Source: an archaeon (GTDB lineage Archaea > Iainarchaeota > Iainarchaeia > Iainarchaeales > CSSED10-239). Taken from it: 32,000 bases of DNA. Shown one piece after another: positions 8,522 to 17,269 of this stretch (position 1 is its first letter; every line of letters begins with the position of its first letter). The translations under genes were made by a program, and so were the position numbers. The DNA is taken from assembly GCA_035390665.1 (NCBI GenBank), contig DAOOUC010000001.1:60001-92000 (forward strand), written 5' to 3'. The notes under the pieces are model-generated. The model was not told the DNA's origin. It saw nothing but the letters and a program-made list of their open reading frames with translations, and made no database searches.

Positions 8522-8765
8522 ACTAATAAAAATTATAAGAAATTATTAAAAAAGGAGCACATTATGCCGAATTCAAATTTATGTATAAATTTACAATGTA
8601 AAATATATCTGATGATTTGTTTCACAATCTAAACTAATAGTTAAAAAAATATCCTTTAGATTCAGATTTTATCTAACTTTAGAGACAAAACCGATTGCCT
8701 TTATAAACATAATGACCTTTAGTAGTATTACTTTTTTTAAAATAAAATTATCAAAGGTTTTATCA

Positions 8766-11765
8766 ATGGCAACAAAACAAATTATTAACAGAAAAGAAGA
8801 AAAAATTGATTATAATATTTACAAAATAAAACTTGCAATACTTAAAGCCCTTGATGCAATTGATAATCCAGATATTGATTTAGCAGATTATCTTACAAAA
8901 AAAATAGATATTAATTTAACAGAAAATTATTTTGATAAAAATAGATGTCCAACAATTGATGAAATTCAAGACACTGTAGAAGATATATTAATTAAAGAAG
9001 GATTGACTAAATTAGTAAAAGCATATGTAATTTATAGAAAACAACACGATGATTTTAGAAACATTTCAAAACTCATAGACAGTACAAATGCAGTTGAGAG
9101 TTACATAAATATTTCAGATTGGCAAGTTAAGGAAAACAGTAATATGGATTATTCATTACAAGGATTAAATAATTATTTATCAACAAAAGTAATATCTGAT
9201 TATTGGATAAAAAAAATATATCCTTCAGAAATTAGAGAAGCACACGAGAAAAGGCAACTTCATTTACACGATCTAAATACATTAGGTTCATATTGTGTTG
9301 GTTGGGATCTTCAATCTGTTCTACAAACTGGTTTTAGAGGATCTCCAGGTAAAGTTGTGGCATCTCCACCAAAACATTTAGATACAGCATTAGGACAAAT
9401 AGTTAATTTTATTTTTACACTTCAAGGAGAATCAGCAGGTGCTCAAGCCTTTAGTAATTTTGATACCCTTCTTGCCCCATTTATAAGATACGATAATCTT
9501 GATTACAAGCAGGTAAGAGCATCCTTAGAGAAATTTATTTATAATATGAATGTGCCTACAAGAGTTGGTTTTCAATGTATGTCCCAAGATACAGAAATTC
9601 TTACAGAAAATGGGTGGCTTACATATAATGATTTAAAAGTAGGAGATATAATAAAAACATTTAACACTAATACAGGTAAAATAGAAGATCTTCCTATAAA
9701 AAAATTATTTGCAAGGGAGTACTCTGGCAAAATGTACAATTTAAAAAACAGAATACAAGATCAGTTAATTTCTCCTAAACACAGAGTTGTAAGAAAAATA
9801 TTCAATACTAAAAATAAATTTATATTAGAAGAAATTGAAGTTGTTAAAAAATATAAATCAGATATTGTTATTCCAATTGCGGGAGATACAAACTACAGAG
9901 GAATAAATTGGAGTGATGAAAAAATTAAAATGGTTGCGTGGATTATTGCAGAAGGAAGTTCCGAGCAGCCTTATCATAAAAATAAAAACTCAAGAAACAT
10001 AAAAATTTATCAATCTGAAATAAAAAACAATAAAGAATATAAAGAAATAAAGTCTTTATTAGAATATTTTAAATTTAAATATTCTGAAACCAAACACACA
10101 GGACTTGGCGCACCAGTTAATGCAATCAAATTAAATGCTGAATCTTCAAGAACCATACACTCTTGGTTTGATGATGAAAGCAATATCAAATTTATTCCCA
10201 TAGATTTATTTAAAGCCAATAAAAAACAAGCAAGATTATTTTTAGAAACCTATAACAAAGGAGATGGAACAGAGGAATTTAAAATTTCTACAACTTCTGT
10301 TGATATACTTTATGGTTTGCAACACATGTGTGTGTTAGCAGGTTATGGTTTTACTACGCTTTTTAGAAAACCAACCATTGGTACAAAGCCAATTTTTGTT
10401 TTAAGAATTATACAACACACAGACACAACAATAACTCAAATTAAAGAAATTGATTATAAGGGAATTATATGGTGTCCGAACACAGATAATGAAACTGTTA
10501 TTGCAAAAAGAAATGGCAAGGTTTTTATTACAGGTAACACCCCATTTTCAAATATCACTCTTGATTTAACTGTACCATCTACATTTAAAGATACACCAGT
10601 TATAATAGCAGGGAAACCACAAGATAAAACATATGGCGAATTCCAAAAAGAGATGGATATTTTTAATATGGCTTTATTAGATATAATGTACGATGGAGAT
10701 GCATCTGGAAATATGTTCTCTTTTCCGATACCTACAATTAATGTAACAAAAGAATTTGATTGGTCAACGCCACTAGCTGATAAATTAATTGATTTAACAA
10801 TAAAATACGGCACTCCATATTTTGCAAACTTTGTAAATTCTGATATGAAACCAGAAGATGCAAGAAGTATGTGTTGTAGATTAAGATTAGATAATAGAGA
10901 ACTACAAAAAAGAGGAGGAGGATTATTTGGTTCTAATCCTTTAACTGGTTCTATTGGAGTTGTAACAATAAATCTTGCTCAATTAGGCTATCTATCAAAA
11001 TCAGAAGAAGAATATTTTGAAAATTTAGGTCATCTAATGGATCTTGCTAAAAAATCTTTAGATATAAAAAGAAAAATTGTAGAAAAATATACTGATGATG
11101 GGTTATATCCTTATTCTAAATTTAATTTAAAAAGTATAAAAGACAGATTTGGTACTTATTGGAAGAATCATTTCTCAACTATAGGTTTACTTGGTTTAAA
11201 TGAATCCGCAATAAATTTTATGGGAGAAGGAATATATACAGAAAAAGGGCTAGCTTTTGCAAATAAAGTTATGGACTTTATGAGAGAGAAAATACAAAAG
11301 TATCAAGAAGAGACTGGAGCCTTATATAATCTTGAAGCAACACCAGGAGAAGGAACAACCTATAGATTTGCAAGTTATGATAAAAAGAAATATCCTTCTA
11401 TAGTTGTTGCAAATGAAGAAAATTACAAGAATAATGGAGCACAACCATATTATACAAATTCATCTATGCTTCCAGTAACTTATACAAATGATATATTTGA
11501 AGTTTTAGAATTACAAGACGAATTGCAATGTAAATATACAGGTGGAACAGTAATACACATATTTATTGGAGAAAAAAAACCATCAAGAGAAGCAATTAAA
11601 TCATTAATACAAAAAATAACAACCAATTATAAATTACCTTACTTTACATTTACGCCTACATTTTCGGTGTGTCCAAAACACGGGTATATTTTTGGAGAAC
11701 ATGAATATTGTCCATTATGTGATGAAGAAATAGGTTATAAGGAAAATAAAAATACGGGGGAATAA
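8766..11765 (+). CDS. nrdD: Anaerobic (class III) ribonucleoside-triphosphate reductase NrdD, intein-containing and lacking the glycyl-radical C-terminus
   Basis: ATP-cone at the N-terminus (IINRKEEKIDYNIYKI), the thiyl-Cys loop ARSMCCRLRLD, GGGLFGSNPLTGSIGVVTINL, and a C-terminal Zn ribbon CPKHG..CPLC. The start is placed at ATG 8766 (MATKQ). The tracked ORF begins at 8712, but that extension is hydrophobic and unlike NrdD. The ORF stops at TAA 11763..11765, before the RVxGY glycyl-radical motif. Confidence 0.9.
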   Translation: MATKQIINRKEEKIDYNIYKIKLAILKALDAIDNPDIDLADYLTKKIDINLTENYFDKNRCPTIDEIQDTVEDILIKEGLTKLVKAYVIYRKQHDDFRNISKLIDSTNAVESYINISDWQVKENSNMDYSLQGLNNYLSTKVISDYWIKKIYPSEIREAHEKRQLHLHDLNTLGSYCVGWDLQSVLQTGFRGSPGKVVASPPKHLDTALGQIVNFIFTLQGESAGAQAFSNFDTLLAPFIRYDNLDYKQVRASLEKFIYNMNVPTRVGFQCMSQDTEILTENGWLTYNDLKVGDIIKTFNTNTGKIEDLPIKKLFAREYSGKMYNLKNRIQDQLISPKHRVVRKIFNTKNKFILEEIEVVKKYKSDIVIPIAGDTNYRGINWSDEKIKMVAWIIAEGSSEQPYHKNKNSRNIKIYQSEIKNNKEYKEIKSLLEYFKFKYSETKHTGLGAPVNAIKLNAESSRTIHSWFDDESNIKFIPIDLFKANKKQARLFLETYNKGDGTEEFKISTTSVDILYGLQHMCVLAGYGFTTLFRKPTIGTKPIFVLRIIQHTDTTITQIKEIDYKGIIWCPNTDNETVIAKRNGKVFITGNTPFSNITLDLTVPSTFKDTPVIIAGKPQDKTYGEFQKEMDIFNMALLDIMYDGDASGNMFSFPIPTINVTKEFDWSTPLADKLIDLTIKYGTPYFANFVNSDMKPEDARSMCCRLRLDNRELQKRGGGLFGSNPLTGSIGVVTINLAQLGYLSKSEEEYFENLGHLMDLAKKSLDIKRKIVEKYTDDGLYPYSKFNLKSIKDRFGTYWKNHFSTIGLLGLNESAINFMGEGIYTEKGLAFANKVMDFMREKIQKYQEETGALYNLEATPGEGTTYRFASYDKKKYPSIVVANEENYKNNGAQPYYTNSSMLPVTYTNDIFEVLELQDELQCKYTGGTVIHIFIGEKKPSREAIKSLIQKITTNYKLPYFTFTPTFSVCPKHGYIFGEHEYCPLCDEEIGYKENKNTGE
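9576..10538 (+). mobile_element. Intein (321 aa) with a LAGLIDADG homing-endonuclease domain, inserted in nrdD
   Basis: The extein sequence ...PTRVGFQ is interrupted by CMSQDTEILTENGWLTY (block A, Cys1). It resumes after ...NGKVFITGN with TPFSNITLD (+1 Thr). Two LAGLIDADG-like motifs lie inside (KMVAWIIAEGSS and RLFLETYNKGDGT). Both boundary codons are in frame with nrdD. Confidence 0.85.
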
Positions 11766-11768
11766 AAG

Positions 11769-11915
11769 ATGAATAATGAAATAGAAGCAAAAAGACAGAA
11801 ATGTGAAATTTATTCTAGAGTTGTAGGATATGTTAGAAGAATAGATGCCTGGAATTATGGTAAACAAGCAGAATTTCACGATAGAAAATTATTTTCTGTT
11901 CCAGAAAACAAATAA
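11769..11915 (+). CDS. 48-aa ORF encoding the NrdD glycyl-radical C-terminal domain, detached from nrdD by an in-frame TAA
   Basis: Not in the ORF track (too short). Hand translation: MNNEIEAKRQKCEIYSRVVGYVRRIDAWNYGKQAEFHDRKLFSVPENK. RVVGY followed by WNxGKxxEFxDR is the class III RNR glycyl-radical signature. It is in the same frame as nrdD, two codons after its stop. A G-run (11756..11760) lies 8 nt upstream of the ATG. Confidence 0.75.
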   Translation: MNNEIEAKRQKCEIYSRVVGYVRRIDAWNYGKQAEFHDRKLFSVPENK

Positions 11916-11928
11916 TGGTAATTAAAAT

Positions 11929-12594
11929 ATGCCTTTAAGAATAGGAGCAATTGAAAAGTTTAGTACAATAGATTATCCAAATAAAATTGCTTGTGTTATT
12001 TTTTTAAAGGGGTGTAATTTCAATTGTGGTTTTTGTTATAATAAGCAATTGGTATTACCTGAGCTTTTCGATTCCAAACCAGACGTTCTTGAAAGTGAAA
12101 TACACTATTTCTTGGACAAACGAAAAGGTCTTCTCGATGCTGTTGTTATTACAGGCGGAGAACCCACAATTTTTGGAAAAGATTTAATTGATTTTATAAA
12201 AAAAATTAAAGAAAAAAGTTACCTTGTAAAACTAGATACAAATGGGTCTAATCCCGAAATATTAAAAGAAATATTAGACAATAATCTTGTAGATTATGTT
12301 GCTATGGATTTAAAAGATATTTTTGAAAATTATAATAACTATACAAAAGTTCCAAATAAAAATATCAAGACTTCATTTGAGCTATTAAAAAATTCAAAAA
12401 TTCCCCACGAATTTAGAATTACTACGCACCCCGAGCTGACGTTGAATAATTTTAATAAAATAATAGAAACAGCAAAAGGAGAAAAAATATTTGTCCAAGA
12501 TTTCGTAAACACTAATACTATAAAAGAATATAAAGAAAATAAAACTATATATTCAAAACTTTCAAAAGCAAGTAAAGATTATATTTTAAGATAA
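11929..12594 (+). CDS. nrdG: Anaerobic ribonucleotide reductase activating protein (radical SAM)
   Basis: The 221-aa ORF has FSTIDYPNKIACVIFLKGCNFNCGFCYN (CxxxCxxC radical-SAM cluster) and the GGEPT motif. It sits immediately downstream of nrdD. Confidence 0.85.
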   Translation: MPLRIGAIEKFSTIDYPNKIACVIFLKGCNFNCGFCYNKQLVLPELFDSKPDVLESEIHYFLDKRKGLLDAVVITGGEPTIFGKDLIDFIKKIKEKSYLVKLDTNGSNPEILKEILDNNLVDYVAMDLKDIFENYNNYTKVPNKNIKTSFELLKNSKIPHEFRITTHPELTLNNFNKIIETAKGEKIFVQDFVNTNTIKEYKENKTIYSKLSKASKDYILR

Positions 12595-12608
12595 ATAAGT
12601 GATTAAAA

Positions 12609-14657
12609 ATGGTTTTTGTAAATACAATTAAAAATAAAAATGGAGAAACAGAAGAGTTTTCAAAAGAAAGACTAGCAATAATGTTGTTTGAAAACATGTG
12701 TAATCTTGGAGAACCTAATCTTAATCTAGCAGAAAAGTTAGCATTTTTAATCTATGATAAAGTAAATGCCAAATTTTCAAAGGAAATTTTACAAGAAAAA
12801 TTAGACGAGATAATTAAAGAAACCCTTCATCAAGAAAATCAAGGAGAGCTCCTACAAGCATATATTTTTAAAAAAAACAAACCAGAAGCCGCTCAAGCAG
12901 ATAGTGAATTAAAAGAAATTATTCTAAAACAAATAATAAATATTGACGAATCCGATAATTTATCAACTAAATTAGTAAATATTCATTCTCAAATAAATAA
13001 ATTACAAAATAATCAACACGAAAAGATAAATAAAAAGATTTTTGAATATATCAGAGATGGAGTATTTTATCCTAGTTCAACTTTTTTAAGAGAAATAAGT
13101 TTGAATCAACAATTGTCTTCAAGTTATTCATTTAAAATCCAAGATTCAATTGAAAGCATTTTTGATACATTATCTCAATCAAGTATTGTTCAAAAATATG
13201 GTTCTTCAATTTCAATAGATTTATCAAGAATTAGATCAGAAAAAGAAAAAGTAAAATCTATAAACAGAAATGCCTGTGGACCAATAAGAGTAATTGATCT
13301 TTTTGTTTCTGCAAAATCAATGATTGGTTATAATACAAACAGTTCAAATAATCTTTATTATATTTCTATAGAACACCCGGATATTGTCTCTTTCTTAAAT
13401 CACTCAGCTACGACTAAAGAAAATTATGCAGTGTTAATTCCAGATAGATTCATGAAATCCTTAACAGAAAATTCAGATTATTTTATTGAGATCAATTCTG
13501 AAAATAAAATAAAAATTTCTCCTTTAGCATTAATTGATTTAATTTCTTCTAAAATAATTACTGGAGAAAATATAAATTTAATATTCATAGATTCAATAAA
13601 TAAAAAGAATCCATTTTTAGATAACTATAAACCATTTACAATATCTTCTATAGGATTACAACCTGTTTTTGAAGATAATTCTTTTGCTAGTGGCGTAATC
13701 GATGTTTCTAAGTTTGTAAATATTCTAGGAAATACTAAAACCTTTGATTGGGCAAAATTAAAAGTAGTTATTTGGGACACTTTAGAGTTTCTAGATAATT
13801 CAATTGATTTAACTAAAACAATAAATGAGAAATACACACAAGAACTAAAAGAAACAAGACAAGTCTATATTTCAATTACAGGTTTTTATTCTTTATTATC
13901 TAAACTAGGCATTGCTTACGAAAGTGATGATGCAATTTATTTTGCTGATGCATTGTCTGATTATATTAATTATTATTCAAAACTTAAATCAACAGAACTT
14001 GCAAAAGAAAGAGGGCCATTTTTTAAATTTATAAAAAGTAAATACGAATTGCCTAATTTTTCTTTTGATAAGGCCCCAATTCAAAAAACATTATTTTCTA
14101 ATGATTTAAATCAAACAAAAAAACTACTTAAAAACATGCCCACAATTGATTGGACAGAACTAAGAAACAACATTAAGAAATATGGTTTAAGAAATTCAAC
14201 AACATTTTCAATAATATTTTCTGATTTTTATTCTGTTGCTAATGAATGTAGTAATGGAATAGATGCAATTATAAGTTATAAATCTACAATTTGGGTAAAT
14301 GGCCACAAGTTTGAAAAAATAAATAAAGAACTTAATACACAAGTTTCTGATTTAAAATCTAATTGGACACAAAATGAGATTGAATCGTCAGTTCCAGACA
14401 TCATAAAATCTAAGTTACCACTTGCAAGATCAATATCCCCGCAATTCTTTATAAGATTACAATCTGTTTTTGAAAAAAACACAGATGGTTGTACTAACCT
14501 AAAGGTTTATTTTACAGATTGCACAAGTATTCAAGACATTAAAAATATTATTCTAGAGACACACAGAATAGGAAACACTATTTTTTGTGCAGAAAAAATA
14601 AATGGTCATCAAAAAGACTTTAACACAGAAAATAAAAAAGGATTAATGAGTTTATAA
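12609..14657 (+). CDS. ATP-cone protein homologous to class II (NrdJ-type) ribonucleotide reductase, with degenerate catalytic motifs
   Basis: The N-terminal ATP-cone begins VNTIKNKNGETEEFSKERL. The core, FYPSSTFLREISLNQQLSSSYSFKIQDSIESIFDTL..KYGSSISIDLSRIRS..ACGPIRVIDLF..ISIEHPDIVSFLNH, aligns by eye to the RNR alpha signature xPxSPTLxNAG..QLSxCF..DSIExI..GGGxGxxxSxLRP..SGPxxFM..HPDIxxF. Key residues are changed (see findings). Confidence 0.6.
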   Translation: MVFVNTIKNKNGETEEFSKERLAIMLFENMCNLGEPNLNLAEKLAFLIYDKVNAKFSKEILQEKLDEIIKETLHQENQGELLQAYIFKKNKPEAAQADSELKEIILKQIINIDESDNLSTKLVNIHSQINKLQNNQHEKINKKIFEYIRDGVFYPSSTFLREISLNQQLSSSYSFKIQDSIESIFDTLSQSSIVQKYGSSISIDLSRIRSEKEKVKSINRNACGPIRVIDLFVSAKSMIGYNTNSSNNLYYISIEHPDIVSFLNHSATTKENYAVLIPDRFMKSLTENSDYFIEINSENKIKISPLALIDLISSKIITGENINLIFIDSINKKNPFLDNYKPFTISSIGLQPVFEDNSFASGVIDVSKFVNILGNTKTFDWAKLKVVIWDTLEFLDNSIDLTKTINEKYTQELKETRQVYISITGFYSLLSKLGIAYESDDAIYFADALSDYINYYSKLKSTELAKERGPFFKFIKSKYELPNFSFDKAPIQKTLFSNDLNQTKKLLKNMPTIDWTELRNNIKKYGLRNSTTFSIIFSDFYSVANECSNGIDAIISYKSTIWVNGHKFEKINKELNTQVSDLKSNWTQNEIESSVPDIIKSKLPLARSISPQFFIRLQSVFEKNTDGCTNLKVYFTDCTSIQDIKNIILETHRIGNTIFCAEKINGHQKDFNTENKKGLMSL

Positions 14658-14676
14658 AAAGGAGATGAAAAACTAA

Positions 14677-14952
14677 ATGGTAAAAACACAAGAAGAGATA
14701 GAAAATAATATTAGAAAAATAAAACCTTTCTTTGAACAATTGACTTTGTTTTTCTTATTGCTAATTGGCTTTATAATTGTCGACGTTTTAAACGGAACAC
14801 CACCAATTATAAAATACACAATAACAGTATTATTTACTGGTTGGTCAATAAGTTTAATTATTCAAGAATTATATCTTTACAATATTTTCAAACCAGTGAT
14901 ACTAGGTAAAACCTGGGAAAAAATAGCAAGAAAAAGTTTTAAGAAAAGGTAA
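14677..14952 (+). CDS. Small membrane protein (2 predicted TM helices), hypothetical
   Basis: The 91-aa ORF has a GGAG Shine-Dalgarno motif upstream and two hydrophobic stretches (LTLFFLLLIGFIIVDVL and YTITVLFTGWSISLII). It is the last gene of the nrd-strand block. Confidence 0.4.
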   Translation: MVKTQEEIENNIRKIKPFFEQLTLFFLLLIGFIIVDVLNGTPPIIKYTITVLFTGWSISLIIQELYLYNIFKPVILGKTWEKIARKSFKKR

Positions 14953-14960
14953 TTAGATTT

Positions 14961-17159
14961 TTATCTAATTGCATAATCTTTTTCTTTTTCTTCTTTTGTT
15001 TCTTTTTTTGATTTGAATTTCTCTATTGCTTTAAGAAATGCATCTTTTGTTACAGTTGGCTTTTTATTATCAAGTTTGTTGTCTTTTTCTATGTCTTCTA
15101 TGATTAATCTGATTTTTGTTAAGCCCGCTTCTCTACAAACTGCTTCAATTTCTGCTCCTGAAAACCCTTCAGTTAATTTTGCAAGTTCTTTAGCGTTTGT
15201 CTTCTTATCAATTGTCATTTTTGAAAGATAAACTTCAAATATCTTTTCTCTTGTAAGTTCATCAGGCAAAGGAACAAGTAAAAGTTTTTCAAATCTTCCA
15301 GGTCGCAAGAATGCAGGATCTATCAAGTCTGGGCGGTTAGTTGCTCCAACTATAACAATATCTTTAAGATTAGAAACTCCGTCAATCTCAGTTAGAAGTT
15401 GAGCAACAACATTATTCTTTGCATCATTTGTTTCAAGTCCACTTCTTCCTGAAGTAATCGAATCAATTTCATCAATAAAAACAATACTTGGCGCAAGCTG
15501 TCTTGCTTTCTTAAAAATATCTCTTATCTTTTTTTCGGATTCTCCAACCCATTTGTTAAAAACTTCTGGTCCTTTTATAGATATAAAGTTTGCATTTGTT
15601 TCTGTTGCAATTGCTTTAGCAAGCAAGGTCTTTCCAGTTCCTGGAGGCCCATATAATAAAACACCACGAGGAGCAGTTATTCCTACCTTTTCAAACAAAT
15701 CCTTGTGTTTCATTGGCCACTCAATCATTTCTTTTAATTCTTGTTTTATATCTTCAAGGCCTCCGACAGCGCTCCATTTGGTGTTGGGAACACTAACCAT
15801 TATTTCTCTAATAGCAGAAGGTTCAACAATATTAAGTGCGTCCAAAAAATCTTGTCTTTTTATTACAAGTTCATCCATTATTTCTTTTGATAATTCATTT
15901 CCATATTCTTTGTTAATTTTTGGCATTAATCTTTTAAGTGCTTTAAGAGCCGCTTCTTTACAAAGTGCAGAAATATCTGCCCCTGAAAAACCATTAGTCA
16001 TTTCTAGTATTTCATTAATATCAACATCTTCAGTTAATGGCATTCCTCTTGTATGTACCATAAATATTTCTTTTCTTGCTTCTTTACTTGGAATTCCAAT
16101 TTCAAATTCCCTATCAAATCTTCCAGGTCTTCTAAGTGCAGGATCCACAGCATCTGGAATATTTGTTGCACCAATAACAATAACATCCCCTCTTGATTTT
16201 AGTCCATCCATTAATGTTAAAAGTTGAGCAACAATTCTTTTTTCTGTTTCTCCATGAATATTTTCTCTTTTTGGAGCAATAGAATCAATTTCATCAATAA
16301 AGATAATTGCTGGCGCGTTCTTTTCCGCTTCAGCAAATATATTTCTTAAATTTTCTTCTGATTTTCCATAGGTTCCAGCAACAATTTCTGGCCCATTAAC
16401 AATTGTAAAATTAGAATCAGTTTCAGAAGCAACAGCTTTAGCAAGTAAAGTTTTACCTGTTCCTGGTGGACCATAAAGTAGTATTCCTTTAGGTGCAGTT
16501 ATTCCTAATTTTTTAAAAACCTCTGGTCTTTTGATTGGTAACTCGACCATTTCTCTAATACTTTCTATTTCTTTTTTAAGACCACCAATATCATCATATG
16601 TTATTCCAAAATTATTTGTTTGCAAAGGTTTTTCTGAAATTATAATCTTTGTAGTGTCAGTAATTTTTACTGCACCTTTAGGAAAGGATTTAGTAACCGT
16701 TAATTGAAGATCTCTAGATTCTTCATTAAGCATAATTTTTATTCCTCTAATAACAACAATATTATTTTCTAAAATATTTTTATTTATTATTTTATCATGA
16801 ACATAACTAACAACATCATTTCTTTTTAGATCAGGAATTTCAACTGGTGGGGCAAGAGTTACACTTTGTGCAATCTGACAAGCAATCTTTTCAATAAAAA
16901 CCTCATCATCAATCTTACAACCAGAATTAAATCTTATTGTTGCATCCATTTTGATTGTATTAAGCCCGGTGTCTCCAACTTTTCCTTTAAGGGCATAAGC
17001 GATTGTGGCTTTATCTGTTTTAATTCCTTGTATCTTAATTGTGTCTCCAACACTTAACCCCATTTTATCAAAAACAACAGGGTCAATTTTAACAATATCT
17101 TTTCCAACATCAGAAATCTCTGTTTCTCTAACAATTAGTTTAGCTTTTTGTTCAACCAT
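14961..17159 (-). CDS. cdc48: AAA+ ATPase Cdc48/VCP/p97 homologue (two AAA domains)
   Basis: The 732-aa ORF has an N-terminal double-psi-barrel-like region ([12 protein letters not shown]). Both the D1 and D2 Walker A motifs read [13 protein letters not shown]. Walker B motifs are IIFIDEIDS and IVFIDEIDS, and both domains carry RPGRFD/RPGRFE. Confidence 0.93.
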   Translation of the reverse strand: MVEQKAKLIVRETEISDVGKDIVKIDPVVFDKMGLSVGDTIKIQGIKTDKATIAYALKGKVGDTGLNTIKMDATIRFNSGCKIDDEVFIEKIACQIAQSVTLAPPVEIPDLKRNDVVSYVHDKIINKNILENNIVVIRGIKIMLNEESRDLQLTVTKSFPKGAVKITDTTKIIISEKPLQTNNFGITYDDIGGLKKEIESIREMVELPIKRPEVFKKLGITAPKGILLYGPPGTGKTLLAKAVASETDSNFTIVNGPEIVAGTYGKSEENLRNIFAEAEKNAPAIIFIDEIDSIAPKRENIHGETEKRIVAQLLTLMDGLKSRGDVIVIGATNIPDAVDPALRRPGRFDREFEIGIPSKEARKEIFMVHTRGMPLTEDVDINEILEMTNGFSGADISALCKEAALKALKRLMPKINKEYGNELSKEIMDELVIKRQDFLDALNIVEPSAIREIMVSVPNTKWSAVGGLEDIKQELKEMIEWPMKHKDLFEKVGITAPRGVLLYGPPGTGKTLLAKAIATETNANFISIKGPEVFNKWVGESEKKIRDIFKKARQLAPSIVFIDEIDSITSGRSGLETNDAKNNVVAQLLTEIDGVSNLKDIVIVGATNRPDLIDPAFLRPGRFEKLLLVPLPDELTREKIFEVYLSKMTIDKKTNAKELAKLTEGFSGAEIEAVCREAGLTKIRLIIEDIEKDNKLDNKKPTVTKDAFLKAIEKFKSKKETKEEKEKDYAIR

Positions 17160-17269
17160 AATTTCTCACAAATCATTTACAATAAATATTATACTTGAAA
17201 TAATTTATAAACAACAACTAAATAGAATTAGGAACTGAAATTATTAAAAGTTTTGTGTAAAAAGTATTA

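Noticed and set aside
8564-8632. 22-codon ORF (MPNSNLCINLQCKIYLMICFTI) with a good AAGGAG motif upstream, between xerA and nrdD
   Set aside because: It is too short, nothing shows it is conserved, and it has no recognisable motif. It could be a leader peptide, but that cannot be supported from sequence alone.
8712-8765. Upstream extension of the nrdD ORF (MTFSSITFFKIKLSKVLS)
   Set aside because: It is hydrophobic and unlike NrdD, and has no SD-like motif. The ATP-cone starts right after ATG 8766, so the extension is probably not translated.
15553-16227. 224-aa plus-strand ORF inside cdc48. Similar antisense ORFs lie at 782..1036, 1149..1436, 10454..10813, 17005..17238, 20817..21242, 22451..22912, 24389..24775 and 24968..25243.
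   Set aside because: All lie antisense to strongly supported conserved genes. Their sequences are low-complexity and Ser/Phe/Ile-rich, as expected from the reverse frame of Lys/Glu-rich genes. They carry no motifs.
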